Origin: an uncultured Candidatus Rokubacteria bacterium
GTDB taxonomy: Bacteria > Methylomirabilota > Methylomirabilia > Rokubacteriales > CSP1-6
Reading direction: 5' to 3'
DNA: 64,000 bases
NCBI GenBank assembly: GCA_963758635.1
Contig: CAVWWD010000007.1
Location: 64,001-128,000, forward strand
This document shows, one piece after another, positions 11,599 to 22,156 of this stretch. The notes under the pieces were generated by a model. It ran no database searches, was not told where the DNA came from, and saw only the letters and a program-made list of their open reading frames with translations. The position numbers and the translations under genes are program-made. Each line of letters starts with the position of its first letter. Positions within the stretch are counted from its first letter, which is position 1.

Positions 11599-12395
11599 CA
11601 GAGACGCCCTCGGTCGCCGAGGATGGCCTCGCAGTGCCGGCGGATCTCGTCGTCCGGCACCTGGCTGAGCCCCGAGCGGGTGATGGTGGTCACGGTGGGG
11701 AAGATGCCCCGGTTGAGGTCGGGGCCGCCGGTGCCCAGGTCCTCGTCCGCGGCGTCCATGATGGCCTCGATGGCCACGCGGAGCGCCTCGTCCTTGGGGA
11801 GGTCGCGGCGGAACCGCTTCTTCAGCGAGTCGCGCGCGTCCTTGCCGCCCGAGCCCTGGGCGAAGTAGTCGGTCTCCTCGTACCGGCCACCCGTCACGTC
11901 GTACTTGAAGAGCCGCCCCACCCCCGCGCGCTCGTCGAAGCCCGCGAAGATCGGCACGACCACCAGCCCCTGCATCGCCATGGGCAGGTTCATCCGGATC
12001 ATCTGGCCGAGCCGGTTGGCCTTGCCGTCCAGCGAGAGGTTCTCGCCCTCGACCTTTTCGTAGTGCTCGAGCTCGGTCTGGAAGAGCCGCGCCATCTCCA
12101 TGGCCGGACCCGCCGCGCCCGCGATGCCCACCGCGGAGAGGTCGTCGGCCTTGAAGATCTTCTCGATGCGTCGGTGGGCGACCTGGTAGCCCTCGCTCGC
12201 CTGGCGATCGCCGGCCATGACGATGCCGTCGCGGTAGCGCATGGCGAGGACGGTGGTGCCGTGGGGGACTCCGGGCGTGCCCGCGTCCTCGTGTCCCGGC
12301 GGCCTGGCGGAGGGCAGGAGATGCGGCGCGCTCTGACGGACGAACTCGGTGAAGCTCGAGCTCAGGGAGCCCGACCGGGGCTGGGCCTCGAACAT
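11598..12395 (-). CDS. prcB: 20S proteasome beta subunit with propeptide
   Basis: PHG|TTVLA autocleavage site with catalytic Thr, [34 protein letters not shown]. Confidence 0.96.
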   Translation of the reverse strand: MFEAQPRSGSLSSSFTEFVRQSAPHLLPSARPPGHEDAGTPGVPHGTTVLAMRYRDGIVMAGDRQASEGYQVAHRRIEKIFKADDLSAVGIAGAAGPAMEMARLFQTELEHYEKVEGENLSLDGKANRLGQMIRMNLPMAMQGLVVVPIFAGFDERAGVGRLFKYDVTGGRYEETDYFAQGSGGKDARDSLKKRFRRDLPKDEALRVAIEAIMDAADEDLGTGGPDLNRGIFPTVTTITRSGLSQVPDDEIRRHCEAILGDRGRL

Positions 12396-12402
12396 TGGAG
12401 TC

Positions 12403-13902
12403 TCAGAAGTCCCCGGCGGGCTTGCCCAGGTTCCGCAGGAGGTCGGCCGCGGTCGGCGAATCGGCGAAGAGCTGCCGCACGTGCGCCTCCGTGCCGCGCA
12501 GCGGCTCCATCATGAAGATCTTCTTGAGCGGTCCTTCCTTGAGGTCGAAGATGACGGAGTCCCACGAGGCGGAGACCACCTCGTCCGAGTACTTCTGCAG
12601 GCACATCCCCCGGAAGTAGGCCCGCGTGTCCTTGGGCGGATCGAAGATGGCCTTGGAGACCTCGTCCTCGGTGACGAGGCGCTCGACGGCGTCGGACTCC
12701 TCCAGCTTGTAGAAGAGGCCCTTCCCGGGACGGATGTCGTGGTACTGCAGGTCGATCATGGCCACCCGCGAGTCCGACCACGAGAGCCCGTGCTTGTCGC
12801 GGTAGCTCTCGATGAGCCGGCGCTTGATGACCCAGTCGAGCTCACGCTCCAGGCTCTCGGGATCGCGCGCGAGGCGGTCGAGCACCGACGTCCACCGCGC
12901 GAGGACGTCGTGCACCCACGGCTCGGGGGGGCGGCTCTCGTAGTACCGGCGGGCCCGGTCGAGGTACTCGCGTTGCAGGTCGATCGCGGTCAGCGCGCGC
13001 CCGTCCTTCAGGCGCACGGTCTCCCGGCAGGCGAGGTCACGCGAGATCGTCCGGTGCGCGATGACCGGGCCGTCCAGCGAGAGGTCGCGCTCGATGAAGT
13101 CGTCCTCGATCATGCTGAGGACGATGGCCATGGTCCCCATCTTGAGGTAGTTGGACACGTCGGCCATGTTCGCGTCCCCCACGATCACGTGGAGGCGGCG
13201 GTACTTCTCGGGGTCGGCGTGGGGCTCGTCGCGGGTGTTGATGATGGGACGGCTGTGCATCGTCTCGAGTCCCACCTCGGTCTCGAGGAAGTCCGCGCGC
13301 TGCGCCATCTGGTAGTCGCAGTGCTCGGTGTTGTTCTCCGCCCCCACCTTGCCCGCGCCCGTGAAGATCTGGCGCGAGGCGAAGAAGGGCATGAGGTGCT
13401 GGACGATCCGTGCGAAGGGCACCTTCCGGTCCATGAGGTAGTTCTCGTGGGTCCCGTAGGAGTTGCCCTTGCGGTCCGTGTTGTCCTTGTAGATCAGGAT
13501 CCGCTGCTCGGGCGGCGACACTGCTTCCGCCCGCGAGCGTGAGAGGTTCAGGATGCGCTCGCCCGCCTTGTCCCAGATGACGCAGTCGCGGGGGTTGGTG
13601 GTCTCGGGCGAGGAGTACTCGGGATGCGCGTGGTCCACGTAGAAGCGCGCCCCGTTCGACAGGATCAGGTTGATGAGGCGCGACTCCTCCTTCGAGGGCA
13701 CGTCCTTGTCCTCGGCGTACTCGAAGCCGCGGGCGTCCTTGAGCGGGCTCTCCGCCTCGTAGTCCCAGCGGATGCGCGAGGAGCGGTACGTCTCGTAGGA
13801 GTTGATCAGCAGCAGCGACGAGAGGATCGGGTTGAAGTCGGGCTGGTTTCGGACGGTGATGCCATACTCGGTCTCGATCCCCATCACCTTCGGAATGGCC
13901 AT
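12403..13902 (-). CDS. dop: Pup deamidase/depupylase
   Basis: VMGIETEYG, LSNGARFYVDHAHPEYSSPE, SYGTHENYL, QRADFLETEVGLET, DTRAYFRG, SASWDSVIFD, EPLRGT. Confidence 0.95.
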   Translation of the reverse strand: MAIPKVMGIETEYGITVRNQPDFNPILSSLLLINSYETYRSSRIRWDYEAESPLKDARGFEYAEDKDVPSKEESRLINLILSNGARFYVDHAHPEYSSPETTNPRDCVIWDKAGERILNLSRSRAEAVSPPEQRILIYKDNTDRKGNSYGTHENYLMDRKVPFARIVQHLMPFFASRQIFTGAGKVGAENNTEHCDYQMAQRADFLETEVGLETMHSRPIINTRDEPHADPEKYRRLHVIVGDANMADVSNYLKMGTMAIVLSMIEDDFIERDLSLDGPVIAHRTISRDLACRETVRLKDGRALTAIDLQREYLDRARRYYESRPPEPWVHDVLARWTSVLDRLARDPESLERELDWVIKRRLIESYRDKHGLSWSDSRVAMIDLQYHDIRPGKGLFYKLEESDAVERLVTEDEVSKAIFDPPKDTRAYFRGMCLQKYSDEVVSASWDSVIFDLKEGPLKKIFMMEPLRGTEAHVRQLFADSPTAADLLRNLGKPAGDF

Positions 13903-13923
13903 GCGTCCCCCGCTGGTGGGTCG

Positions 13924-13969
13924 AAAAGAAAAGTCGGGCGGGGAGACGCCGGCGTCCCCCGCCCGACTT
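13924..13969 (-). terminator. Intrinsic terminator between arc and dop
   Basis: Long GC hairpin AAGTCGGGCGGGG...CCCCGCCCGACTT followed by TTCTTTT on the minus strand, immediately after the arc stop. Confidence 0.75.
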
Positions 13970-13971
13970 GC

Positions 13972-15804
13972 TTACAGGTACTGACCGGTGTTGATGACCC
14001 GCTCGACGGCCCGCTGCTTTTCCTTGGTCTCGCCCATGAGCGGCTTCACGTAGACGATCCGCTCGCCCTTCTTGCCGGCGATCTTGGCCCAGTCGTCGGG
14101 GTTCGTCGTGTTCGGGAGGTCCTCGTTCTCCTTGAACTCCTCCCGGACCGCGTTGAGCATGTCGTCCAGCGAGATGCCCTTCTCGCTCGTCTGGATGTAG
14201 CGCTTGAGCGCGAGCTTCTTGGCCCGCCGCACGATCGACTCGATCATCGCCCCCGAGGAGAAGTCCTTGAAGAACAGGACCTCCTTGTCGCCGTTGGCGT
14301 AGGTGACCTCGAGGAACCGGTTCTCGTCGTCGAGCTTGTACATCTCCTCGACGGTGGCGGCGATCATGCGGTCGAGGGTGGGCTGGATCTCGCCGCCGTG
14401 CGCGCTCGTCTCCGCGGGGTGGATCGGCAGGTCGGTCAGCATGTACTTGTTGAAGATGTCGACCGCTGCCGTCTGGTCCGGCCGCTCGATCTTGATCTTC
14501 ACGTCGAGCCGACCCGGCCGCAGGATGGCGGGGTCGATGAGATCCTGGCGGTTCGAGGCGCCGATCACGATGACGTTCTTCAGGTGCTCGACGCCGTCGA
14601 TCTCCGCGAGGAGCTGCGGCACGATCGTGGTCTCCACGTCCGACGAGATCCCGGATCCGCGCGTGCGGAAGAGGGCGTCCATCTCGTCGAAGAACACCAC
14701 CACCGGCACGTCCTCGGCGGCCTTCTCGCGGGCCTTGATGAAGATCTCGCGGATCTTCCGCTCCGTCTCGCCCACGTACTTGTTCAGGAGCTCGGGGCCC
14801 TTGATGTTCAGGAACCAGCCCTTGACCTTCTCGCCGCGCTTCTCCGAGATGCGGGCGGCGAGGTTGTTGGCGACCGCCTTGGCGATCATGGTCTTGCCGC
14901 AGCCCGGAGGCCCGTAGAGGAGCACGCCCTTGGGCGGCGCGAGCTGGTGCTCGCGGTAGTAGTCCGCGTACAGGTACGGCAGCTCGACGGCGTCCTTGAT
15001 GGTCTCGATCTGCGTGACGAGGCCGCCGATGTCCTCGTAGCTGATGTCCGGCACTTCCTCGAGCGTGAGGTCCTCGACCTCGCTCTTGGGCAGCTTCTCG
15101 AGCAGGTAGCCGCTCTTGCCGTCCATGAGGATGTGGTCGCCGACCTTCAGCTTCTCGAGCCGCAGCGGGTCGGCGATGATGCCGACCTTGTCCTCGTCGG
15201 CGCGGAGGGTGACGATCGCGCGGGCCGTGTCCAGGACTTCCTTGAGGATGACGACCTCGCCCTGGATCTCGTACCCGGCGGCCTCCACCACGTTCAGGCC
15301 CTCGTTCAGGATCAGCTCCTGGCCCGGCTTGAGGTCGCCCGCCTTGAGGGAGGGGTGGAGGTTCACCTTCACCTTGCGGCCCTGCGAGAGGATGTTGACG
15401 GTGCCGTCTTCATTGTCCGAGAGGAAGACGCCGTAGGTCGAGGGCGGGGCGCAGAGCTTGTCGACCTCCTCGCGGAGGGACGTGATCTGCTCCCGGGCCT
15501 CGTAGAGCGCGTTGACGAGCTTCTCGTTCTGGTTGAAGGACTGCACGAGCTGCCGGTTCGCCTCGCGCAGCTTGTTCTCGAGGACCATCGCCTCCTTGGG
15601 CGCGTCCTCGGTCTTCTTGCGGAGGCGGACGGTCTCCGCCTCCAGGGAACGGACATAGGTCTGGAGGTCCTGCACCTGGACCTCGTACTCCGTGAGACGT
15701 CGCCGATAGTTCGAGTCGGTCATCGGGAGGAACTTGGAGAGACCCTTCATCCCTTCGGCGGAGGGGTCTCGGTTGGGCGTCGGCTTCTTCTCGAACTCCT
15801 TCAT
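13972..15804 (-). CDS. arc: Proteasome AAA ATPase (ARC/Mpa)
   Basis: N-terminal coiled coil, PPSTYG, Walker [26 protein letters not shown], Walker B FFDEMD, C-terminal GQYL proteasome-docking motif. AAGGA RBS before ATG 15804. Confidence 0.96.
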   Translation of the reverse strand: MKEFEKKPTPNRDPSAEGMKGLSKFLPMTDSNYRRRLTEYEVQVQDLQTYVRSLEAETVRLRKKTEDAPKEAMVLENKLREANRQLVQSFNQNEKLVNALYEAREQITSLREEVDKLCAPPSTYGVFLSDNEDGTVNILSQGRKVKVNLHPSLKAGDLKPGQELILNEGLNVVEAAGYEIQGEVVILKEVLDTARAIVTLRADEDKVGIIADPLRLEKLKVGDHILMDGKSGYLLEKLPKSEVEDLTLEEVPDISYEDIGGLVTQIETIKDAVELPYLYADYYREHQLAPPKGVLLYGPPGCGKTMIAKAVANNLAARISEKRGEKVKGWFLNIKGPELLNKYVGETERKIREIFIKAREKAAEDVPVVVFFDEMDALFRTRGSGISSDVETTIVPQLLAEIDGVEHLKNVIVIGASNRQDLIDPAILRPGRLDVKIKIERPDQTAAVDIFNKYMLTDLPIHPAETSAHGGEIQPTLDRMIAATVEEMYKLDDENRFLEVTYANGDKEVLFFKDFSSGAMIESIVRRAKKLALKRYIQTSEKGISLDDMLNAVREEFKENEDLPNTTNPDDWAKIAGKKGERIVYVKPLMGETKEKQRAVERVINTGQYL

Positions 15805-15879
15805 CTCGGCCCGTTCCTTTCTCGGTGAGCCAGCAAGCGCTGCCTCGACTCCGGCCGCGTCCGGTTGCGCGGCGCCCTC

Positions 15880-15909
15880 AGTATAGGTGGGCGCTTTCGG
15901 TACAGTCAA
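15880..15909 (-). promoter_or_regulatory. sigma70-type promoter of the proteasome locus, TTGACT-N18-TATACT
   Basis: -35 box at 15904-15909 and -10 box at 15880-15885, about 75 nt upstream of the arc start. Confidence 0.7.
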
Positions 15910-16277
15910 GGCAAATGCCCCTTCCGAGCCATTGAATTCATTCAAATTTTCCCGATTCCCCCCATGGGGTCGGACCAATGGCTCTCACCGTCTCAAACAC
16001 CCCTCCCGCAGACCCGGTTCCATCCGGTTCCGCCGCGGGGCCCCGCTGGCCCGGCCCCCTGCCGGCACCTTCGCAGTGTGCGGGAAGCAAGATGAGTGCC
16101 GCGGTGACGCGCAAAACGCGACGTCCACCATATCGAGGACATGACACGGGCTTGGACGAGCCGCGTGGATCGCGCCGACCCTCGTAGATTGCTGCGCGCG
16201 CGGTCAGGCTGCCCAAGCGTGTCGCTCGTACCCGTCGATCGTCGCGGGCCCGGGTCGTTTGGTCGTATAACTGGGGC

Positions 16278-17816
16278 ATGGCGTCCCGCTGCATGCGACT
16301 CGCTCTCGCGCTCGTGGCGCTGGCGGCGTGGACGGGTGCGGCGCGCGCGCAAGGAGAGGTCGCGGCGCTCCGCGTGGGCCTCCCCGCGGTTCCCGCCTCG
16401 CTCGATCCCGCGACCGCTCGCGACGCGTCCACCGCGATGATCGCGCGCCAGGTCTACGACACCCTCGTGCAGTACCGCGAAGGCGGCAGCGACATCGAGC
16501 CGGGCCTCGCCACGCAGTGGTCGGTGTCGAAGGACGGCCTGGCCTGGACCTTCAGGCTGCGCGAGGGCGTGCGCTTCCACGACGGGACGGCCCTCGCGGT
16601 GGGCCACGTCGTGACGAGCCTCGAGCGCCAGCTCGTGCCGGGGCATCCGCTCGCGCCCGCGACACCGGCCGTCGGGCCGCGCCTGCTGCGCGGCGCGCCC
16701 GGGGTGGTGCGCGAGATCACCGCGACCGACGCCAGCACGATCCGGATCAAGCTCAACCTGCCGTACGCGGCGCTGCCGACCGTGCTGGGCCATCCGGGGC
16801 TGGCGATCGTGCTCCCCGCGGCCACCGACGGGGCGACACGATGGCTGGGCACGGGGCCGTTCGCGGTGACGGAGATCGGCGGGGGCCAGATCGTCCTGGA
16901 CGCGCATCCCGGCTACTGGGGGGCCCGGCCCCGCCCGAGCCGCGTGGTGTTCGCCGCCGAGCCCGATCCCGCGCGCGCGATCGCCGCCCTCGACGCGCGC
17001 ACGCTCCACATCTGGCTTCCCGCCGGAGCGCCTCCGCGTGGGGCGACCGGTGTCTCGGTCCCGGGCTGGCGCCTGGGCTATCTTGCCCTCCAGACCGAGA
17101 AGGAGCCGTTCTCGCGGCGGAAGGCGCGGCACGCGGTCGCCGCCGCCATCGACCCGGCGGCCATCGGCGCCGCGGTGGAGCCCCAGTCGGTCGTCGCGCA
17201 GTCGTTCCTGCCTCCGGGCGTGTGGGGGCGTCGCGCCGGCCCGCCCATCACGCTCGGCGCCCCGGACGTCGCGCGGCGGCTCCTCGGCGAGGCGGGGCTG
17301 GGGCGAGGCGCGTCGGCCACGCTCCTGGTCGCCGCCGACGTCGAGGAGCAGCGCCGGCTCGCCGAGGCGCTCCGCGTCGGCCTCGATCGGGCGGGCATGG
17401 CGCTCCGGTTGCAGCCGGCGCCGGCGACGAACGTCATGGCGCTGGCGCAGAACGGCGAGCACCAGATGGTGCTGATGGAAGCGGAGGCGGAGGGCGGCGA
17501 CCCGCACATCCTCCTCTACCCGCTGTCGACCAGCGAAGGGGCGACGCGCGGTCCCTCGGCGTGGAACCTGTCCTTCTTCCGGAACGCCCGCCTCGACGAC
17601 CTCCTGATCCGCGCGAGCCAGCTCTCGTTCCGGCCGGAGCGTGAGCGTGTCTACGCGCGCGCGCAGGCGCTGCTCGGCGAGGAGCTGCCGTGGATCCCAC
17701 TCTACGTGCGTCGCCACTGGGCGGTGGTGCGGCCGGAGGTGAAGGGCCTTCGCCTGCACCCGAGCGGACAGCACCGATTGGACCGGGTCAGCCTCGACTT
17801 CCCCAGGTCACCGTGA
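16278..17816 (+). CDS. ABC transporter peptide/nickel-family substrate-binding protein (family 5)
   Basis: Signal peptide, LDPA, QVYDTLV, PGLATQWSVSKDGLAWTFRLREGVRFHDG, GTGPF. TATAAC lies 6 nt before the ATG. No permease genes are adjacent. Confidence 0.9.
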   Translation: MASRCMRLALALVALAAWTGAARAQGEVAALRVGLPAVPASLDPATARDASTAMIARQVYDTLVQYREGGSDIEPGLATQWSVSKDGLAWTFRLREGVRFHDGTALAVGHVVTSLERQLVPGHPLAPATPAVGPRLLRGAPGVVREITATDASTIRIKLNLPYAALPTVLGHPGLAIVLPAATDGATRWLGTGPFAVTEIGGGQIVLDAHPGYWGARPRPSRVVFAAEPDPARAIAALDARTLHIWLPAGAPPRGATGVSVPGWRLGYLALQTEKEPFSRRKARHAVAAAIDPAAIGAAVEPQSVVAQSFLPPGVWGRRAGPPITLGAPDVARRLLGEAGLGRGASATLLVAADVEEQRRLAEALRVGLDRAGMALRLQPAPATNVMALAQNGEHQMVLMEAEAEGGDPHILLYPLSTSEGATRGPSAWNLSFFRNARLDDLLIRASQLSFRPERERVYARAQALLGEELPWIPLYVRRHWAVVRPEVKGLRLHPSGQHRLDRVSLDFPRSP

Positions 17817-18811
17817 TAGACCTCTCCCCGATGCCATCGATCGCCGACACCGCCACCGAGATGGTCCAGTGGGTGTTCCCCGAGCACGCGGGCGCTCCCG
17901 GGCAGATCCACGGCGGCCGGATGATGCAGTGGATCGCCACGGTCGGGACCATGGCCGCGGCGCGGGTGGCGCGGGGCACCGTGGTGCTGGGCGCCATGGA
18001 CGACATCGACTTCCTGCACCCGGTGAAGGTGGGCGAGCTCGCCGTGCTGCGCGCCCAGGTCGAGGCCGTGGGCCGGTCGTCGCTCGAGGTCGGGGTGCGC
18101 GTGTTCGCGGAGAACGTCACGACGGGCCGCCGCGCCGTGACCCTCAGCTCCCACCTCGTGCTCATCAAGGTCGACGAGGACGTGAAGCCCCAGCCCGTCC
18201 CGCAGGCCATCGAGCCGCGCGGCGCGGAGGAGGAGGCGCTTCACGCCGCCGCGCTGGAGCGCCGGCAGCAGCGCCGGGCCCGCCTCGTCCGCCGCGCCGA
18301 GCGCGCCCGCGAGGTGTCGGACGAGGACGCCGCCGACGTACGCTGGCGCTTCGAGTCGGCCCGGTCGGTCCTGCCCGAGGACACGCTCTTCGGCCACCTG
18401 ATGTTTCCCGGCAAGCTCCTCATGGACATCGACGAGGCGGGTGGCATCCTGTCCATGCGCTATTGCCGGGGTCACGTGATGACGGCGTGCCTGGACGCGC
18501 TCGACTTCCACGCGCCGATCTCCACGCACGAGGTGGTGACGTTCAAGGCCGCCCTCAACCACGTGGGGTCGTCGTCGCTCGAGGTGGGGGTCAAGGTGCT
18601 CACCGAGGTGCCCACGACGGGCGACACGCGGCACGCGTGCACGGCATACCTCACGTTCGTGCACCTCGGGCCGGACCTCCGGCCCCGGCCGTGTCCGCCC
18701 CTGGTGCCGGACACGCCGGCCGAGCAGCGACGCTGGGCGGAAGCGGTGGAGCGGCGGGCACGGAGGCTCGAGCGGGTCAAGCGTCTGAAGGCGTCACTGG
18801 ATCGGGGATGA
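17813..18811 (+). CDS. Double hotdog-fold acyl-CoA thioesterase
   Basis: Two hotdog domains (IHGGRMMQW...IDFLHPVKVGE...VGRSSLEVGV; MFPGKLLMDIDE...VGSSSLEVGV). Start is GTG 17813 or ATG 17831. Confidence 0.88.
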   Translation: MIDLSPMPSIADTATEMVQWVFPEHAGAPGQIHGGRMMQWIATVGTMAAARVARGTVVLGAMDDIDFLHPVKVGELAVLRAQVEAVGRSSLEVGVRVFAENVTTGRRAVTLSSHLVLIKVDEDVKPQPVPQAIEPRGAEEEALHAAALERRQQRRARLVRRAERAREVSDEDAADVRWRFESARSVLPEDTLFGHLMFPGKLLMDIDEAGGILSMRYCRGHVMTACLDALDFHAPISTHEVVTFKAALNHVGSSSLEVGVKVLTEVPTTGDTRHACTAYLTFVHLGPDLRPRPCPPLVPDTPAEQRRWAEAVERRARRLERVKRLKASLDRG

Positions 18812-18863
18812 GCGGGGCAGGGCGGACCGGCCGCGGCTGATCACCCAGGAAGGCGAGGGCATC

Positions 18864-19616
18864 ATGTCGGGACACTCACGGTGGTCGCAGATCAAGCGGA
18901 AGAAGGGCAAGACCGACGTGCAGCGGGGGAAGCTGTTCTCGAAGATCCTCCGCGAAATCACGGTGGCCGCGCGGGCGGGCGGGGGCGATCCGAAGGGCAA
19001 CATGCGCCTCAAGGCCGCCATCGAGTCGGCCCGCGGCGCCAACATGCCCGCCGAGAACGTCAAGCGCGCCGTCCAGAAGGGCACGGGCGAGCTGCCCGGC
19101 GAGCAGTACGAGGAGGTGACGTACGAGGGGTACGCGCCCGGCGGCGTGGCCGTCCTCCTCAACACGCTCACCGACAACAAGAACCGCACCGGCCCCGAGA
19201 TCCGGCACATCTTCGAGAAGCAGGGCGGCCGCATGGGCACGCCGGGGTCGGTGGCGTGGATGTTCGACCGGCGGGGCGTGATCCAGGTCGACGCCGAGCG
19301 GATCAAGGAGGATGACCTCCTCGAGATCGCGCTCGACGCCGGCGCCGTCGACGTGAAGCAGGTCGAAAAGGCCTTCGAGATCACCACGGCTCCTGATGAA
19401 ATCGAGCGCGTCCGGCTGGGGCTCGAGCAGAAGGGCGTGCCCGTGCTGGAGGCCTCCGCGGCCTTTCTGCCCCAGAACACCGTGCGCGTGGAGGGCAAGG
19501 ACGCCGCGGCCGTCCTGCGGCTCATCGAGGCCCTCGAGGAGCAGGACGACGTCCAGTCCGTGCATTCCAACTACGACATCCCCGACGAGGTGCTCGACGC
19601 CATCTCCGCGGCCTAG
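18864..19616 (+). CDS. yebC: YebC/PmpR family protein
   Basis: MSGHSRWSQIKRKK, YEGYAPGG, TDNKNRT, LEEQDDVQSVHSN. Confidence 0.96.
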   Translation: MSGHSRWSQIKRKKGKTDVQRGKLFSKILREITVAARAGGGDPKGNMRLKAAIESARGANMPAENVKRAVQKGTGELPGEQYEEVTYEGYAPGGVAVLLNTLTDNKNRTGPEIRHIFEKQGGRMGTPGSVAWMFDRRGVIQVDAERIKEDDLLEIALDAGAVDVKQVEKAFEITTAPDEIERVRLGLEQKGVPVLEASAAFLPQNTVRVEGKDAAAVLRLIEALEEQDDVQSVHSNYDIPDEVLDAISAA

Positions 19617-19683
19617 GACCGGCGATCGGGACCCGGCGCCGCGGCCCGACGGTCGCCACGAGAGCCTCGAGCGCCTGCGGCCG

Positions 19684-20214
19684 ATGCGGACCGGGACCCT
19701 GCGCGTCATGGGGGTGGACCCGGGCCTGACCGACACCGGCTTCGGCGTGGTGGAGGCCGGGCCCGACGGCGTCGGCGTCGTCGACGCCGGCGTCATCCGG
19801 ACCGCTCCCGGCCAGCTGCTCGAAGCGCGGCTCAACGCCATCCACGGAGCGGTCGCGCGCCTGGTCGGCGCCTGTCATCCCAGCCTCGTCGTGGTGGAGG
19901 ACCTCTACGCGGAGTACCGGTTTCCGCGGACCGCGCTGCTCATGGCCCATGCCCGGGGCGTCATCTACCTCGCGGCCCGTCAGCTCGACGTGCCGGTCCT
20001 CGCGCTGTCGCCCTCGGAGGTGAAGCGGGCGGTGACCGGCAACGGAGCGGCGGGGAAGGGCCAGGTCCAGCGCGGCGTCCAGACCGTGCTCGGGCTGGCC
20101 GTTCCGCCCCGCCCGAGCCACGTGGCCGACGCCCTCGCCCTCGCCGTGACGGGCATGGCGCGCGTGATGGGCCGGCTGCCGACGGGCCGCGCGCGGGTCC
20201 AGGCCCGACCGTGA
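19684..20214 (+). CDS. ruvC: Holliday junction resolvase
   Basis: [47 protein letters not shown]. Confidence 0.93.
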   Translation: MRTGTLRVMGVDPGLTDTGFGVVEAGPDGVGVVDAGVIRTAPGQLLEARLNAIHGAVARLVGACHPSLVVVEDLYAEYRFPRTALLMAHARGVIYLAARQLDVPVLALSPSEVKRAVTGNGAAGKGQVQRGVQTVLGLAVPPRPSHVADALALAVTGMARVMGRLPTGRARVQARP

Positions 20215-20865
20215 TCGCCTCGCTCCGCGGGCGCCTGCGCGCCAAGCTCGAGGACCGCGTCATCCTGGAGGCGGCCGGGGTGGGCTACGAGGTGTTCCTG
20301 CCCCCCGTCACCCAGCGCGCGCTCGCCGGCGCCAGCGCCGGCGACGGCGACGGCGCCCGAGGTCGAGCTGGCGATCCACTATCATGCGACGCAGAACCAG
20401 CCGCGCCCGGTCCTGATCGGCTTCAGCACCGAGCTCGACAAGGAGTTCTTCGAGAAGCTCATCACGGTGAAGGACGTGGGGCCGCTCGTGGCGGCCCGGG
20501 CCCTCGCCGCGCCGGTGGCGGAGATCGCGTCGGCCATCGCCCGCCAGGACGAGCCGTACCTGCGCCGCCTGCCCGGCATCGGCCCCCAGAAGGCGAAGAA
20601 CATCGTGGCGCAGCTCCAGGGGAAGGTCGCGAAGTTCGCGCTCGTGACGACGGGGGCGCCCGGCGAGCGCGCCCCCGTCGCCGCCGCCCCGCCGCCGCCC
20701 GACGAGGACGGCGTCCGCGGCATGGTGTTCGAGGTGCTGGTGAAGCAGCTCGGCCACCGTCCGAGCGAGGCGGCCCAGCTCATCGACAGCGCGCTCAAGC
20801 GCCGGCCCGGCCTCGCCACGCCCGAAGAGCTGTTCGACGAGATCTACCGCGGGCGCGACCGATGA
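20211..20865 (+). CDS. ruvA: Holliday junction branch-migration protein RuvA (frameshift ~20355)
   Basis: [40 protein letters not shown]. Lies between ruvC and ruvB. Confidence 0.9.
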
Positions 20866-21923
20866 GCGACGCCACGCCCGCCCGCGACATCGCCCAGGTC
20901 ACGAGCCGGCTCGTGCTCCCGGAGGAAGTCCAGGTCGAGCGCCAGCTCCGGCCGCAGCGCCTCGAAGAGTACGTGGGCCAGCGCGCCGCGGTCGAGAGCC
21001 TTCGCATCTCGGTGGCCGCGGCCCGCCAGCGCGGTGAGCCGCTCGACCACGTGCTCCTGTCCGGCCCGCCCGGGCTCGGGAAGACCACGCTGGCCACGAT
21101 CATGGCCAACGAGATGGGCGCGTCGCTCGTGAGCACCGCCGGCCCGTCGCTCGAGCGCGGCGCCGACCTGATGGGGATCGTCGACCGAACCTCGGCGAGC
21201 GCGACGTGCTGTTCATCGACGAGATCCATCGCCTGCCGCGGATCGTCGAGGAGCTGCTCTATCCCGCGATGGAGGACTTCTCCATCAACTTCGTGATGGA
21301 CAAGGGTCTCAACGCGCGGAGCATGAAGATCCCCCTCCGCCCGTTCACGCTCGTCGCGGCCACCACCCGGCCCGGCCTGCTCACGTCGCCGCTGCGCGAG
21401 CGCTTCGGGATCTTCCACCACCTGGACTTCTACTCGGTCGACGAGCTGATCCAGATCGTGGTGCGCTCCGCGTCGATCCTCGGCGCGGAGGTCGCGCCCG
21501 ACGGCGCGGGAGACGGTGGCGCGCCGGGCGCGGGGCACCCCGCGCATCGCGAACCGGCTGCTCCGCCGCGTGCGGGACTACGCGCAGGTGAAGGGCGATG
21601 GCATCGTGACGGCGGCGGTGGCGCGGGCCGCGCTCGACCAGGAAGGCGTGGACGAGGCCGGCCTCGACCGTCTGGACCGGCGCTTCCTCGTCGCGATCGT
21701 CGAGCACTACGGCGGCGGTCCGGTGGGGCTCGAGGCGATCGCCGCCACCATCAACGACGAGGCGGAGACGCTGGCCGAGGTCGTCGAGCCGTTCCTGCTG
21801 AAGATCGGCTATCTCGTGCGGACGCCCACCGGGCGCAAGGCCACGCCCGCCGCGTACGCGCACCTGAACCGACCGCGGCCGCCCGCGCCGAGCGGGCAGA
21901 GCGAGCTGCCGCTGTCGTCGTGA
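20862..21923 (+). CDS. ruvB: Holliday junction helicase RuvB (frameshifts ~21185, ~21510)
   Basis: [61 protein letters not shown]. Confidence 0.93.
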
Positions 21924-22156
21924 CGAGCCTCGTGGAGCTGGGCAAAATCCTCGTGGCTTTCGGCATCGTCATGGTACTCGTGGGGGTGGTTCTGCTCCTG
22001 TCGGGAACCCTCTCGGACAAGGTGCCATGGCTCGGACGACTGCCCGGCGACATCCACGTCAAGCGCGACGGCTGGAGCGTGTACGTCCCGCTCGGCACCT
22101 CGCTCCTGCTCTCGATCGTCCTCACGCTGGTCGTCGCCTTCTTCAGCCGGCGCTGA
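21920..22156 (+). CDS. Small membrane protein (DUF2905-like)
   Basis: LGKILVAFG...[11 protein letters not shown]...[15 protein letters not shown]. This is the typical position after ruvB. Confidence 0.85.
   Translation: MTSLVELGKILVAFGIVMVLVGVVLLLSGTLSDKVPWLGRLPGDIHVKRDGWSVYVPLGTSLLLSIVLTLVVAFFSRR

Noticed and set aside
15805..15978. N-terminal extension of ARC to 668 aa, or a hidden pup/UBact here
   Set aside because: The region contains the arc promoter and RBS. No ORF with a Pup/UBact-type C-terminus was seen.
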